Of a DNA stretch of 38,020 nucleotides, positions 19,615-29,108 are shown in pieces. The DNA comes from Deltaproteobacteria bacterium (lineage in GTDB: Bacteria; JAEEML01). Location of the stretch: positions 1-38,020 of the forward strand of contig JAEEML010000087.1 of NCBI GenBank assembly GCA_016283195.1, in the 5' to 3' direction. Numbering within the stretch: position 1 is the stretch's first letter; the number at the start of each line of letters is the position of its first letter. The notes beneath the pieces were generated by a model, which had not been told where the DNA came from, did no database searches, and worked only from the letters and a program-made list of their open reading frames with translations. The position numbers and the translations under genes were made by a program.

Positions 19615-19661
19615 CTGACCTCACCCACGGCCCCTCTCCCAAAGGACGAGGAGGAAAATTG

Positions 19662-20882
19662 TCAAAAGAGCTTTTTAAGGCGGGTAAGGGCCTCATCTAC
19701 CGCTTCATGGCTGTTAAAAGCGCTGATGCGGATAAAACCGGCGCCGCAACGCCCAAAACCGGCGCCGGGAGTAGTCACCACTTGGGCTTTGTTTAATAAA
19801 AAGTCAAAAAATTCCCAGGAATCGCGGCCGCTATTTATCCAAATATAGGGCGAATTGATGCCGCCGGTGCAGGAAAAGCCCATCTTCTCAAAAAAGGCGC
19901 GAATTTTGCCGGCATTTTCCAAATAATATTTTACTAAAGCCTCGCACTCTTTGAGCCCCTCAGGCGAGAGAGCCGCCGCCGCCGCCTTTTGCACCGGATA
20001 ACTCACGCCGTTAAACTTGGTGGACTGGCGCCTAAACCAGAGCTTTTTGAGCTGATGACTTACGCCATCTTTATCAAAGGCACAACATTCTTCAGGCACT
20101 ACCAGATAAGCGCAACGCAGGCCGGTAAAGCCCGCGCTTTTGGAAAACGAGCGCGATTCCACCGCCACCTCTTTGGCTCCCGGCACCTGATAAATGGAGC
20201 GCACATAGCGCCCGTCCTGAATAAAGGAGCTATAAGCGGCATCATAAAAGATGAGGCTCTTATGCTCATGGGCATAGTCAACAAAGGGTTTTAACTGCTC
20301 TATAGTGGCCGCGGCGCCGGTGGGATTATTGGGGAAACAGAGATAAATCAAATCGGCCTCTTCTTTAGGCAAATTAGGGATAAAGTCATTTTCTTCCAGA
20401 CTATCGAGATAGATAAGCCCTTTGTAGCGGCCGTTTTCCGCCCGCCCGCTGCGCCCGGCCATCACATTGCTGTCGGCATAGACAGGATAGACCGGGTCGG
20501 GAATGGCAACTTTTATATCTTGCGAAAATATTTCATGAAAATAGGCACAGTCTCCCTTAGCACCATCACTCACAAATATATCATCAGGGGAAATATCTAG
20601 GCCAAAGCGGCGATAATCACTGGCAGCAATGGCCTCCCGCAAAAATTCATAGCCTTCATAGGGGCCATAGCCTTTAAAAGTCTCGGCTCGCGCCATCTCT
20701 TCCGCCCCTTCATGGAGAGCCTTAATCGTGGCCGGCGGGAGCGGCAAAGTCACATCGCCGATACCAAGTTTTATAATCTTTTCAGCAGGATGAAGAGCAG
20801 CATATTCTTTGACTCGCCGCTCGATTTCGGCAAAAAGATAGCCGGCCTCAAGTTTTTGAAAATTTTCGTTTATGTGAATCAT
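19662..20882 (-). CDS. dapL: LL-diaminopimelate aminotransferase
   Basis: YLFAEI, KLGIGDVT, GYGPYEG, SDGAK, PVYPVY.DSNVMAGR, LCFPNNPTG, DAAY, SFSKSAGFTGLRC and TPGAGFG. Start moved to ATG 20882 (GAGG RBS). Confidence 0.95.
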   Translation of the reverse strand: MIHINENFQKLEAGYLFAEIERRVKEYAALHPAEKIIKLGIGDVTLPLPPATIKALHEGAEEMARAETFKGYGPYEGYEFLREAIAASDYRRFGLDISPDDIFVSDGAKGDCAYFHEIFSQDIKVAIPDPVYPVYADSNVMAGRSGRAENGRYKGLIYLDSLEENDFIPNLPKEEADLIYLCFPNNPTGAAATIEQLKPFVDYAHEHKSLIFYDAAYSSFIQDGRYVRSIYQVPGAKEVAVESRSFSKSAGFTGLRCAYLVVPEECCAFDKDGVSHQLKKLWFRRQSTKFNGVSYPVQKAAAAALSPEGLKECEALVKYYLENAGKIRAFFEKMGFSCTGGINSPYIWINSGRDSWEFFDFLLNKAQVVTTPGAGFGRCGAGFIRISAFNSHEAVDEALTRLKKLF

Positions 20883-21105
20883 ATAAAACCTCACGCACCT
20901 AAGAAAGTGCCACTTTTCTCGCGCTATTTCCAAAGGCAGGCGCCCAAGGGAAGAGCGCCTTGGGTTTTAACCTAATAAGTGTTTGCTGGCAATCACCATT
21001 TTGCGGAGCATTATTGACAAAAAGTGATAACGAAAAGTATTTATGTATTATTAGTTTTGCGGTGGGCAAAACTATTCGCCACCTTTTAGATTATTGGAGT
21101 TAAAA

Positions 21106-21465
21106 ATGAAACGCATAACCCGTGTATTTTCTTCCATCTTACTCGCTTTACCGTTAGTCGCTACCAGTTGCGGCGGTGGCAAACAACTCTACGGCCCGGA
21201 TCCCTATTCATGTGGTGCCGAAAAAGACAGCAACCAATACTGCAAAGATAACTATGGCGAGGAATGGGTTTGCGTTGATGGCACTTGCGTCAAAGAACAA
21301 GCCGCGCTCTATGGGCCCAATCCGATCGTATGCGCCGGCAAAGCCAATGCCGATCAATATTGCAAAGATACTTTTGGCAAAGAGTGGGTTTGCGTTAAAG
21401 GTGAGTGCGCCAGCGCCGACAGCAATAGCGATGCCTCTTCTGACGCCGCTTCCGATAATAGCTAA
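21106..21465 (+). CDS. Small Cys-rich lipoprotein with two 40-aa LYGP repeats
   Basis: GGAG RBS then MKRITR...LVATS-C lipobox; two repeats of LYGP.P..C......(N/D)QYCKD..G.EWVCV.G.C; Ser/Asp-rich tail. Confidence 0.8.
   Translation: MKRITRVFSSILLALPLVATSCGGGKQLYGPDPYSCGAEKDSNQYCKDNYGEEWVCVDGTCVKEQAALYGPNPIVCAGKANADQYCKDTFGKEWVCVKGECASADSNSDASSDAASDNS
21187..21408 (+). repeat. Imperfect 120-bp intragenic tandem duplication
   Basis: Matching blocks 120 nt apart, for example tgcaaagata at 21241 and 21361, and tgggtttgcgtt at 21265 and 21385. Confidence 0.85.
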
Positions 21466-21519
21466 ACGCCAAAAATCATCTAAACAAAGCTAAAAAAAGC
21501 CTCCTTACCGGCATTTGAT

Positions 21520-21548
21520 TTGACGAATTAAGAAAATACTACTAGTTT
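21520..21548 (+). promoter_or_regulatory. Candidate sigma70 promoter
   Basis: TTGACG-17 nt-TAGTTT; this favours the downstream start at 21585 rather than 21549. Confidence 0.5.
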
Positions 21549-21584
21549 ATGGCCAGGGCAGCTCATACAAGGCTGCATGAGGTT

Positions 21585-22295
21585 ATGATGAGATATTTTA
21601 ACACCTTGCTTTTATTAGCTTTAGCTACATCTTTTGTTTCTACGGCCAAAGCCACCACTTTGGAGGGCACTGTAACAATTCCTGCAGAACTCACCCAGTC
21701 GCCGCCTAAAGAGGGCACTCTTTATATGCACCGCAAAATAGCTGTGGCCCCCGCTTATGACGACGGCGTGCGGCCGGTAGTTTTTATCAGCGGCCTGAAA
21801 AATGCCGACGATACCAAACCCAGCGAGTTTGCGCCGCTGCACTTTGATCGCTTGGGTATTAAAGACAATAATTTTTGGCTGTTACACGGCTCTGAGCTGG
21901 AAATCATAAGCGACGACACCATCCCTCTTACTCTCAAGGTGAGCGATGGCGAATCCTTAGAAGAAAAAATCACAATCGAACCAGGTAAACCTTTTAAATA
22001 TAAACCGAAAAGCCCCGGCACGCTGGAAATATCCATTGCTGATCGCCCTTATGAAAAAGCTTATGTACTGGTCACAACTTATCATTACACCATAAAAGTA
22101 AATAATAACGGCACCTTTTTTCTTGACGACCTGCCCCCGGGAAAAGCCACTGTCAATGTGTGGCATAATGGCGAAATAATCTCCGCCATGACCATTGATA
22201 TTGAAGACGAAGGTATTGTCGGTGTGGTTTTTGTCCCAGATGCCAACGGAACTTTAAACGGCCAACCGACAGCTACACGCCTCAAACGGAGATAA
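21585..22295 (+). CDS. Secreted beta-rich protein (carboxypeptidase-regulatory-like/cupredoxin-like)
   Basis: Signal peptide ending AKA; LEGTVTI at the mature N-terminus; GTFFLDDLPPGKATVNVWH motif; 1 nt from the next gene. Confidence 0.6.
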   Translation: MMRYFNTLLLLALATSFVSTAKATTLEGTVTIPAELTQSPPKEGTLYMHRKIAVAPAYDDGVRPVVFISGLKNADDTKPSEFAPLHFDRLGIKDNNFWLLHGSELEIISDDTIPLTLKVSDGESLEEKITIEPGKPFKYKPKSPGTLEISIADRPYEKAYVLVTTYHYTIKVNNNGTFFLDDLPPGKATVNVWHNGEIISAMTIDIEDEGIVGVVFVPDANGTLNGQPTATRLKRR

Positions 22296-22296
22296 T

Positions 22297-24345
22297 ATGA
22301 AAATCAATCAGAGCGCCTTGCGCATTGTTTTATTTTCTTCTTTAGCTATCTTGCCGATTATCTTGCCTTTTTGTATGGAAACGCGCCTTGCTGAAGAGCG
22401 CATTCAGGATGAAACGGGGCAAAAACTCCAGGTAGTAAACTCTTTTGCCGCGCAAAAAATAGAGAACACATACAAAATGGTGGCTCGATATCTCGCTATA
22501 ACCAATAGAGATGAGGGCCAAACCGCCCGTTTACAAGAGCTCATTCGCCTCTTTAACAACAAAAAACCGTCTAACAAACAAATTGAGCGTCAAAAAGAGC
22601 TCACTTTGGCCTTAAAGAGCCAGTTTGCCGAACTGGCCGGCGAAGAAATCAAGCTTTCATTAATTAACTCTCTGGGCACCGTTGTTACTGCCGAAGAGGA
22701 GAGCCCCTTCCCGCTGGATACCAGTATAGCGCACACGGCCTTTTTCAAAGATGTGCGCGCCGGCAATATGCGCGCCGGTATTGAATTAAGCTATTTGAAT
22801 ATGCCGGTTATGGTAACCGCCTTTCCGCTTATTACCAAAGACGGTATGCTTATTATCGTGGCTTCCACACCGCTCTCTACTCCCCTTAATAAGGCTCTGG
22901 CCGAAACGCCGGGCAACGAAAAAATGGCCTGGGCAGTCACCATAAAGCAAAATGTAGCTCTGGAGGCTAAAAATGCCGGTTTTAGCGGCCATATCAAAAG
23001 TATCCCCGATGGCAAGCCCCACCATTTTGCCCCTAAAACACCAACTACCGCCCTGCCGCTTATCGGCCAGGTTTCCGCTAAACCGCTGGCTCTAAAAACG
23101 CCGGAAAACTGCGGCATTATAGCTATTGGGCAAAAAATACCGGCCACAATTGATGACCTGGCTGTTTTTATTACTATGGATAATAGCGAGCGCTATTCCT
23201 TTATTCTCATCGGGCAGCTTTGGCTACTCTTAGGCACCCTGATATCTTTGCTTATTTTTATTGTCTTTTCGCTATTCAGATGGCGGCTCACAAGAAATAC
23301 TCTGGAAAGTATTTCCGACCAGGTGAGCAACTTAATTGTGAAAGGTGCCAAAGGGCGCAATACTCTTTCCCCCAATGCCTATCCGGCAGATTTTAACCGC
23401 CTGGTGGTGTTAATCAATAAACTGGCCAGCCAAATATCCACCGGCAATTCACCTATTTCCATGGGAGTGCAAGGCGGGCAGGGACAAGCGCTGGATAACG
23501 GTTTAAATGGCCCCGGTCTTGCTGACCTCGGCAGTCCGATAGGCGGCGACAATGCTCTGGGCTCGGCTTTTATCGGCGCCTCACTGGAAGAAGATAACGG
23601 CGAAGAAAAGACCATTGATACCGGGCTCATTAATTCTATCACTGATAATATGCCCGAAGAGCCGGAAAATCCGCTCAAAATGGCCGATGATATAAGTGCT
23701 GTTTCCGATATGCTGAGCGCTGTTGATGAACTTGATGCGCCGGGCAATATTTTTAATCAGTTCTCTATGCCGCCGGTCGCAGCCCCCGCACCGGCACCAA
23801 TGCAGCCGATGCCCACACCAGCGCCCATTATGCCCATAGCTCCGGTAGCTCCGGCTCCAGCGCCTATTATGCCGATAGCTCCAGCGCCAATGCAGCCGAT
23901 GCCCACACCGGCACCCATTATGCCCATAGCTCCGGTAGCTCCAGCTCCGGCGCCTATTATGCCGATAGCTCCAGCGCCAATGCAGCCGATGCCCACACCG
24001 GCACCCATTATGCCCATAGCTCCGGTAGCTCCAGCTCCGGCTCCGGCGCCTATTATGCCGCCGCCGAGCGCCCAGAGTTTTCCTGAAGAAACACTCGATA
24101 TGGGCCTTTTGGAAGCTGAGGCGGCCGGCGGTGAGGAAGCGGCCTTTTTGGCTGTATTTGAAGAATACAAGCGGGTACGCCAAGAGTGCGGCGAATCCAT
24201 AGCCGATTTAAAACAAGATAAATTCATTCAAAAACTCCACAATACCAAAGCTTCTGTTATCGCAAGCCAAGGTTGCACTGATGTGCGCTTCCAAGTATAT
24301 GTGAAAAACGGAAAGGCGGCTTTAAAAGCCATTACTTTAAAATAA
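22297..24345 (+). CDS. MXAN_5187-family membrane protein
   Basis: Two TM helices flank a periplasmic Cache-like region, followed by an acidic/Pro-rich linker and the C-terminal VFEEYKRVRQECGE...KFIQKL...CTDVRFQVYVKNGKAALKA, which I recognise as the MXAN_5187 C-terminal domain. Confidence 0.75.
   Translation: MKINQSALRIVLFSSLAILPIILPFCMETRLAEERIQDETGQKLQVVNSFAAQKIENTYKMVARYLAITNRDEGQTARLQELIRLFNNKKPSNKQIERQKELTLALKSQFAELAGEEIKLSLINSLGTVVTAEEESPFPLDTSIAHTAFFKDVRAGNMRAGIELSYLNMPVMVTAFPLITKDGMLIIVASTPLSTPLNKALAETPGNEKMAWAVTIKQNVALEAKNAGFSGHIKSIPDGKPHHFAPKTPTTALPLIGQVSAKPLALKTPENCGIIAIGQKIPATIDDLAVFITMDNSERYSFILIGQLWLLLGTLISLLIFIVFSLFRWRLTRNTLESISDQVSNLIVKGAKGRNTLSPNAYPADFNRLVVLINKLASQISTGNSPISMGVQGGQGQALDNGLNGPGLADLGSPIGGDNALGSAFIGASLEEDNGEEKTIDTGLINSITDNMPEEPENPLKMADDISAVSDMLSAVDELDAPGNIFNQFSMPPVAAPAPAPMQPMPTPAPIMPIAPVAPAPAPIMPIAPAPMQPMPTPAPIMPIAPVAPAPAPIMPIAPAPMQPMPTPAPIMPIAPVAPAPAPAPIMPPPSAQSFPEETLDMGLLEAEAAGGEEAAFLAVFEEYKRVRQECGESIADLKQDKFIQKLHNTKASVIASQGCTDVRFQVYVKNGKAALKAITLK
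23791..24060 (+). repeat. 3 x 90-bp near-perfect tandem repeat encoding PAPMQPMPTPAPIMPIAPVAPAPAPIMPIA
   Basis: Units start at 23791, 23881 and 23971. Units 2 and 3 are identical for 70 nt, and unit 3 has an extra ctccgg. Confidence 0.95.
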
Positions 24346-24358
24346 CTTGGGTAGTGCC

Positions 24359-25456
24359 ATGGGCCAAAAATCTTTTTTAACCTTCCTCGCCTTAATGCTG
24401 GCTTTTAGCGGGAATAAGCCGCTAAAAGCTGAAACACCGGATTGTTGCGCCGCTGTCAAAAGCCAGCTGGAGATGGGCAATATAACCCGCGCCGAAAGCT
24501 TACTAGAGCCGCTCATCCAAAAGAAGCCCTGCATTGCTGAGGCTCTAGCCTTAAAAGGGCGCATCTTAGCCAATAAAGACGGCTTAAAAGAGGCCCTTGT
24601 TTTTTACGATAAAGCGCTAAAATGCGGTTCTTTGCCGCGAGAAAACATTTTAGAAATTGCCACAGCTTACAGTCTAACAGAGCGCCACCGGGAAGCGGCA
24701 AAATTATTAGAAGATTTTTTAAATAAAAATCCGGGGGACAGCGAATTTTTACATGAACTTGGCCTTACTTACCTCGCCCTCTCCGAGCTCCAAAAAGCCC
24801 AAGAAAAGCTGGAACAAGGCTATAAAATAGCTCCGGAAAATGCCGCTATCGCTGCCGATTATGCCTTAAGCCTCATTTATAACGGGTCTCCTGATAAAGC
24901 CATAACTCTTTTGGAAAAAGCTGCCAGGGAGCATCCGGAATCAGCCGCTGTTTTTATGGCTCTCGGCAATGCCCGCACCATAAGCGGCAAAGCCGGTGCC
25001 GCAATAGAAGCCTACAGCAAGGCCCTGGAAAACGACGCCAATTATTCTCAAGCCCGTTACCACAGGGCGCGGCTCTATCAGCAAAGCGGCGATTTTGTTA
25101 AAGCCGAGGCCGATTTTAAAATACTTTTAAAGAGTGAATTGCAAGTTAAGGCTCTACTTGGCCTCATTGAGAGCGCCCTAGCTGCCGCGCGCCCTCAAGA
25201 TGCGCAAAAATGGCTGCGGGCTGCCGCTAAAAACGAAATTCTGCCGCCAGAGGAAATCAATATTTACCAGGCGGAAATCTATCGCCTGAACGGTGACAAT
25301 AAAAAGGCCAAAGAGCTGCTCTTGCCCCTGGTAGAAAAAGAGCCTAAAGCCCAATTGGCCTGGAAAGTACTTTTAGCCATTGCCGAAGAAGAAAACGATC
25401 CCATATTAAAAGAGCGGGCCTTAAAAGCGCTAAAAAAGCCGGCTTCCGCCAAGTAA
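24359..25456 (+). CDS. Exported tetratricopeptide repeat protein
   Basis: N-terminal signal peptide and many TPR-consensus helix pairs (LG..Y..L...A...LE....P; ALGNA...G..A...YSKAL). Start is ATG 24359 or TTG 24347. Confidence 0.8.
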   Translation: MGQKSFLTFLALMLAFSGNKPLKAETPDCCAAVKSQLEMGNITRAESLLEPLIQKKPCIAEALALKGRILANKDGLKEALVFYDKALKCGSLPRENILEIATAYSLTERHREAAKLLEDFLNKNPGDSEFLHELGLTYLALSELQKAQEKLEQGYKIAPENAAIAADYALSLIYNGSPDKAITLLEKAAREHPESAAVFMALGNARTISGKAGAAIEAYSKALENDANYSQARYHRARLYQQSGDFVKAEADFKILLKSELQVKALLGLIESALAAARPQDAQKWLRAAAKNEILPPEEINIYQAEIYRLNGDNKKAKELLLPLVEKEPKAQLAWKVLLAIAEEENDPILKERALKALKKPASAK

Positions 25457-25480
25457 TTAGTACAAATTAAGGATTTGAAT

Positions 25481-27937
25481 ATGCCTGATATAGAACTGCC
25501 TGTTGTTCCTCTCTTGCCCCTTAGGGATGTTGTGTCGTTCCCCAGCACAGTCTTGCCCCTTTTTATCGGCCGCACCAGCTCTCTGGCGGCGGTGGAATAC
25601 GCCATGAATCACGGCAAGACCATCTTTTTAACCACTCAAAAAGCCGCCGACAGTAATAATCCGCCCATAAATGAGCTTTACAAAATGGGCACTTTAGCCA
25701 GGGTTTTGCAAGTGGTAAAAGGTCCGGAGAAAAACATTAAAATTTTCGTCGAGGGTCTGGAAAGAGCCACTATTGTCGAGCAAATAAAAAATCCCATTTT
25801 TACCCTGGTAAAAGTAAAACCGGCCAAAGAGATTCCCTCGCCGGCCTCCGGAGATGTAGCTTTTAGCACTATGCTGCGCAAGAGTTACAACGACTTTATA
25901 GCCACAAACAGTAATATTCCGCGCGAACTGGCGCAAAAACTGGCTAAGGCGAGTAGCGGCACTTTGGCCGATCTCATCACCATGCATCTTAGAGTTTCCA
26001 TCCAGGAACGCCAGGATGTTCTCGAAGAGCTAAACCACGAAAAACGGTGCGAATTGGTGCTGGGGCTCCTTAATAAGCAGCAGGAAATTGCTCAGCTGGA
26101 GCAAAAAATCCAGGCCCGCGTAAAAAAGCAGCTCGAGAAAAACAACAAAGAATATTATCTCCATGAGCAAATAAACGCCATCAGAAACGAACTCGGCGAG
26201 AATGAAGATAATCAAGCTGAACTCGCCAAATTGGAAGAGCGCTTAAAAGAAAAAAAGATGCCCGAGGAAACCCGGGAAAAGATTGGCAAAGAGCTTAAGC
26301 GCTTAAAAACCATGTCGCCCATGGGGCCGGAGACCACTATGCTGCGCAATTATGTGGATCTCTGCCTCGATTTGCCCTGGGAAGAGTATTCGGAAGACAA
26401 TCACAATATCAAAAAGGCCAAAACCATTTTGAATAAAGACCACTACGGCCTGGAAAAAGTCAAAGAGCGCATTTTGGAATTTTTGGCCGTGCAAGCGCTC
26501 GTCAAAGAGATAAAAGGCCCCATTCTCTGCCTGGTCGGCCCGCCGGGAGTAGGCAAAACTTCCCTGGCCCGCTCTATTGCGCGAGCTTTGGGGCGCAAAT
26601 TTGTGCGTCTCTCTTTGGGCGGCGTGCGCGATGAAGCCACTATTCGCGGCCATAGACGCACCTATATAGGCGCTATGCCGGGGCGCATTTTGCAAAGTAT
26701 AAAACGCGCCGGCACCGGTAATCCGCTGCTGCTTTTGGACGAAATAGATAAACTGGCCAGCGATGTGCGCGGCGATCCGGCCTCTGCTCTTTTGGAAGTG
26801 CTCGATCCCGAGGTCAATTCCACCTTTTCCGACCATTACCTAGAGCTCGATTACGACCTCAGCAAAGTGCTCTTTATTTGCACTGCCAATACCTTGGCCG
26901 GTATTCCCCCGGCTCTCGCCGACCGCATGGAAATCATCCACCTGCCAGGCTACACCGAGGAAGAAAAGCGCTCCATTTGCCAAACTTATCTCTTGCCCAG
27001 GCAAAAAGAGGCCGTGGGGCTCAAAGAGTGCAAAATAAGCTGGCCGGCCTCTGTCAGCACTTATATTATCCGCAATTACACCAAAGAGGCCGGCGTGCGC
27101 ACCTTAGAGCGCACAGTGGGCACGGTACTGCGCAAAATAGCTCTGGAACTTTTGGATAAAGGTGATGAAAAGGCTCTCCTTGGCCCTTACCAGGTGAGCA
27201 AAGAAAAAGTGCGCGAGCTTTTGGGCCCGGAAAAATATCTGGAAAAAGCCACCGAAGATAAATGCTTTATCGGCCTCGCCAACGGCCTGGCTTGGACTGA
27301 GGTAGGCGGCACGGTTTTGCCGGTGGAAGTAGCCATTATGGAGGGCTCCGGCAAATTGCAAATTACCGGTAAACTGGGCGATGTGATGAAAGAATCGGCT
27401 CAGGCCGCCATGAGTTATGTGCGCTCGCGAGCCGCCCTGCTCGATCTCGCCCCGGATTTACACAGCAAAATAGATATTCACATTCATGTGCCGGACGGCG
27501 CTACGCCCAAAGATGGCCCCAGTGCCGGTATTACCATGGTCACCGCTCTCATAAGCGCCCTCACCAATTTGCCGGTGCGTCACGATGTAGCCATGACCGG
27601 CGAAATAACTCTCCGCGGGCGGGTACTGCCCATCGGCGGCTTAAAAGAGAAATCCTTAGCCGCTTACCAAGTGGGTTGCAAAAAGGTGATTATCCCGCAG
27701 GATAATGTGAAAGATCTTGAGGAAATTCCCGAAAAAATTCGCCAGAAATTGACTTTCGTCCCGGTGAGCAACATGGACGAAGTATTGCAACACGCTCTTA
27801 TAATCCCCAAAAATGATCCTATTTTTCACGCTACTCTTGCACTTGAGCCCAGCCTTGGTATAAGAGTCACCAGCAGGCTAACGAGCCAGGCCATAGGCGA
27901 TAACGGTGCTCCGTTTGGTGAAAGAGCGCCCATCTAA
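25481..27937 (+). CDS. lon: Lon protease (endopeptidase La)
   Basis: [54 protein letters not shown] (catalytic Ser) and IGGLKEK (catalytic Lys). Confidence 0.97.
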   Translation: MPDIELPVVPLLPLRDVVSFPSTVLPLFIGRTSSLAAVEYAMNHGKTIFLTTQKAADSNNPPINELYKMGTLARVLQVVKGPEKNIKIFVEGLERATIVEQIKNPIFTLVKVKPAKEIPSPASGDVAFSTMLRKSYNDFIATNSNIPRELAQKLAKASSGTLADLITMHLRVSIQERQDVLEELNHEKRCELVLGLLNKQQEIAQLEQKIQARVKKQLEKNNKEYYLHEQINAIRNELGENEDNQAELAKLEERLKEKKMPEETREKIGKELKRLKTMSPMGPETTMLRNYVDLCLDLPWEEYSEDNHNIKKAKTILNKDHYGLEKVKERILEFLAVQALVKEIKGPILCLVGPPGVGKTSLARSIARALGRKFVRLSLGGVRDEATIRGHRRTYIGAMPGRILQSIKRAGTGNPLLLLDEIDKLASDVRGDPASALLEVLDPEVNSTFSDHYLELDYDLSKVLFICTANTLAGIPPALADRMEIIHLPGYTEEEKRSICQTYLLPRQKEAVGLKECKISWPASVSTYIIRNYTKEAGVRTLERTVGTVLRKIALELLDKGDEKALLGPYQVSKEKVRELLGPEKYLEKATEDKCFIGLANGLAWTEVGGTVLPVEVAIMEGSGKLQITGKLGDVMKESAQAAMSYVRSRAALLDLAPDLHSKIDIHIHVPDGATPKDGPSAGITMVTALISALTNLPVRHDVAMTGEITLRGRVLPIGGLKEKSLAAYQVGCKKVIIPQDNVKDLEEIPEKIRQKLTFVPVSNMDEVLQHALIIPKNDPIFHATLALEPSLGIRVTSRLTSQAIGDNGAPFGERAPI

Positions 27938-27966
27938 GGCCGGCACCAACATAAGGGCATTATTTA

Positions 27967-29076
27967 GTGGCGCAAAAAAGCGAATATCATCAAACACTTT
28001 CGGCCTTTGAAGCCGCTGCTATCAAGCTGGTACTGGCCGGCGATTCTGTGGTTGATTGGAAATATTTACCCTTAGATAGCCTGCCGGCGGCCAGGCAACT
28101 TCTGGAAATCAACGGCTATGATTTGGAAGATCCGCTCGACCGCGAACATTTGACCGATATGTACCGCGAAGCCGTGCTCTATTTAACAGATATTCACGGC
28201 TACCACATGCCCCTGGAACTGGAACACAGCGAAGATCTGCTGCGCCTCTTCTCCTGGGCCGCCAAATTGGAAGAGGCTTCTCCGGAGCTGGAAACACTTT
28301 CCGGCATGCTCTTAAAAGTCATCAGCGTGCTCAATTATCTTTCCGCCCGCGAGCTGCTCTTTCGCCTGCCCATTTCCGAAGAAGAGCTAAATTCGCGCCT
28401 TTCCGCTAAAATATTTAGTCAAATGGAGCATTTGCAAGATCATACCAACTTGGTTGAATTTGCCACCGGCCAAAAAAGCCGCTCCAGTATGCTCTCCAAG
28501 CTCCTCGTTAAAGCCGAAACTCAGGCCAGCCATATTTTCGATGTTATTCGTTGCCGCATTGTGGTGGAAAACAAAGCCGACCTCCTGCCGGCTTTGCAAT
28601 TTTTATTAAATAATCTCATACCTTTTAATTATATTTCCCCCGGAGAGTCCAAAAATAATCTCATTCCTTTGCAACTAATCCGCCCCTACGATCATCTGCC
28701 GAGCGAAGAGCGCATTATGGAATTTTTAAATAATTTCAGCGGGCGCAATAGTCACAGCGACGCCGCCGGGCGCTTAAATGAGTTTTCCGGCCCCACTTTT
28801 CGCTCTATCAATTTCATCGCCTCCATTCCCCTAAGGGTTGATGAAATTTTGGAACTTTTAGACCCAACAGTGGCCGATGATTTTGGGCGCGTCATTTTAA
28901 CGCAGATGGAAGTGCAGCTTTTAGATAGGCAAACAGCCATTGAAAACGAGAGCGGCGCCAACTCACACCACGCTTATAAAGCCAGGCAATTACAAAGAGT
29001 TCGCCAACGCATAGAGGTAGCTCGCGACCCCGATTTACCGCCTCTTGAACGCACCGATTTAGACAGCGAAGAGTAA
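27967..29076 (+). CDS. TIGR04552-family protein with RelA/SpoT-like nucleotidyltransferase motifs
   Basis: L.G.SVVDW, K...S..SKLL.K, IFDVIRCRIV, PFNYISPGESKNNL, NEFSG..FRSINF, PLRVD, EVQLLD and NESG.NSH..YK.RQ are the motif series I associate with TIGR04552. Confidence 0.75.
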   Translation: MAQKSEYHQTLSAFEAAAIKLVLAGDSVVDWKYLPLDSLPAARQLLEINGYDLEDPLDREHLTDMYREAVLYLTDIHGYHMPLELEHSEDLLRLFSWAAKLEEASPELETLSGMLLKVISVLNYLSARELLFRLPISEEELNSRLSAKIFSQMEHLQDHTNLVEFATGQKSRSSMLSKLLVKAETQASHIFDVIRCRIVVENKADLLPALQFLLNNLIPFNYISPGESKNNLIPLQLIRPYDHLPSEERIMEFLNNFSGRNSHSDAAGRLNEFSGPTFRSINFIASIPLRVDEILELLDPTVADDFGRVILTQMEVQLLDRQTAIENESGANSHHAYKARQLQRVRQRIEVARDPDLPPLERTDLDSEE

Positions 29077-29108
29077 TTTATTAAATTTGTGTTAGTTTTT
29101 TAAGCCGC

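Noticed and set aside
20883-21010. Possible lysine riboswitch or attenuator upstream of dapL (overlapping stems AGGCGC/GCGCCT and CCCAAGG/CCTTGGG at 20938-20964)
   Set aside because: No L-box conserved motifs are visible, the T-tract is on the wrong strand for dapL, and I saw no Lys-rich leader peptide.
23791-24060. Tandem repeat considered as a CRISPR array
   Set aside because: Units are contiguous with no unique spacers, lie in frame within a CDS, and there are no cas genes.
23581-24227. Antisense Gly-rich and Arg/Trp-rich ORFs
   Set aside because: They are reverse-strand shadows of the Pro/Ala repeat.
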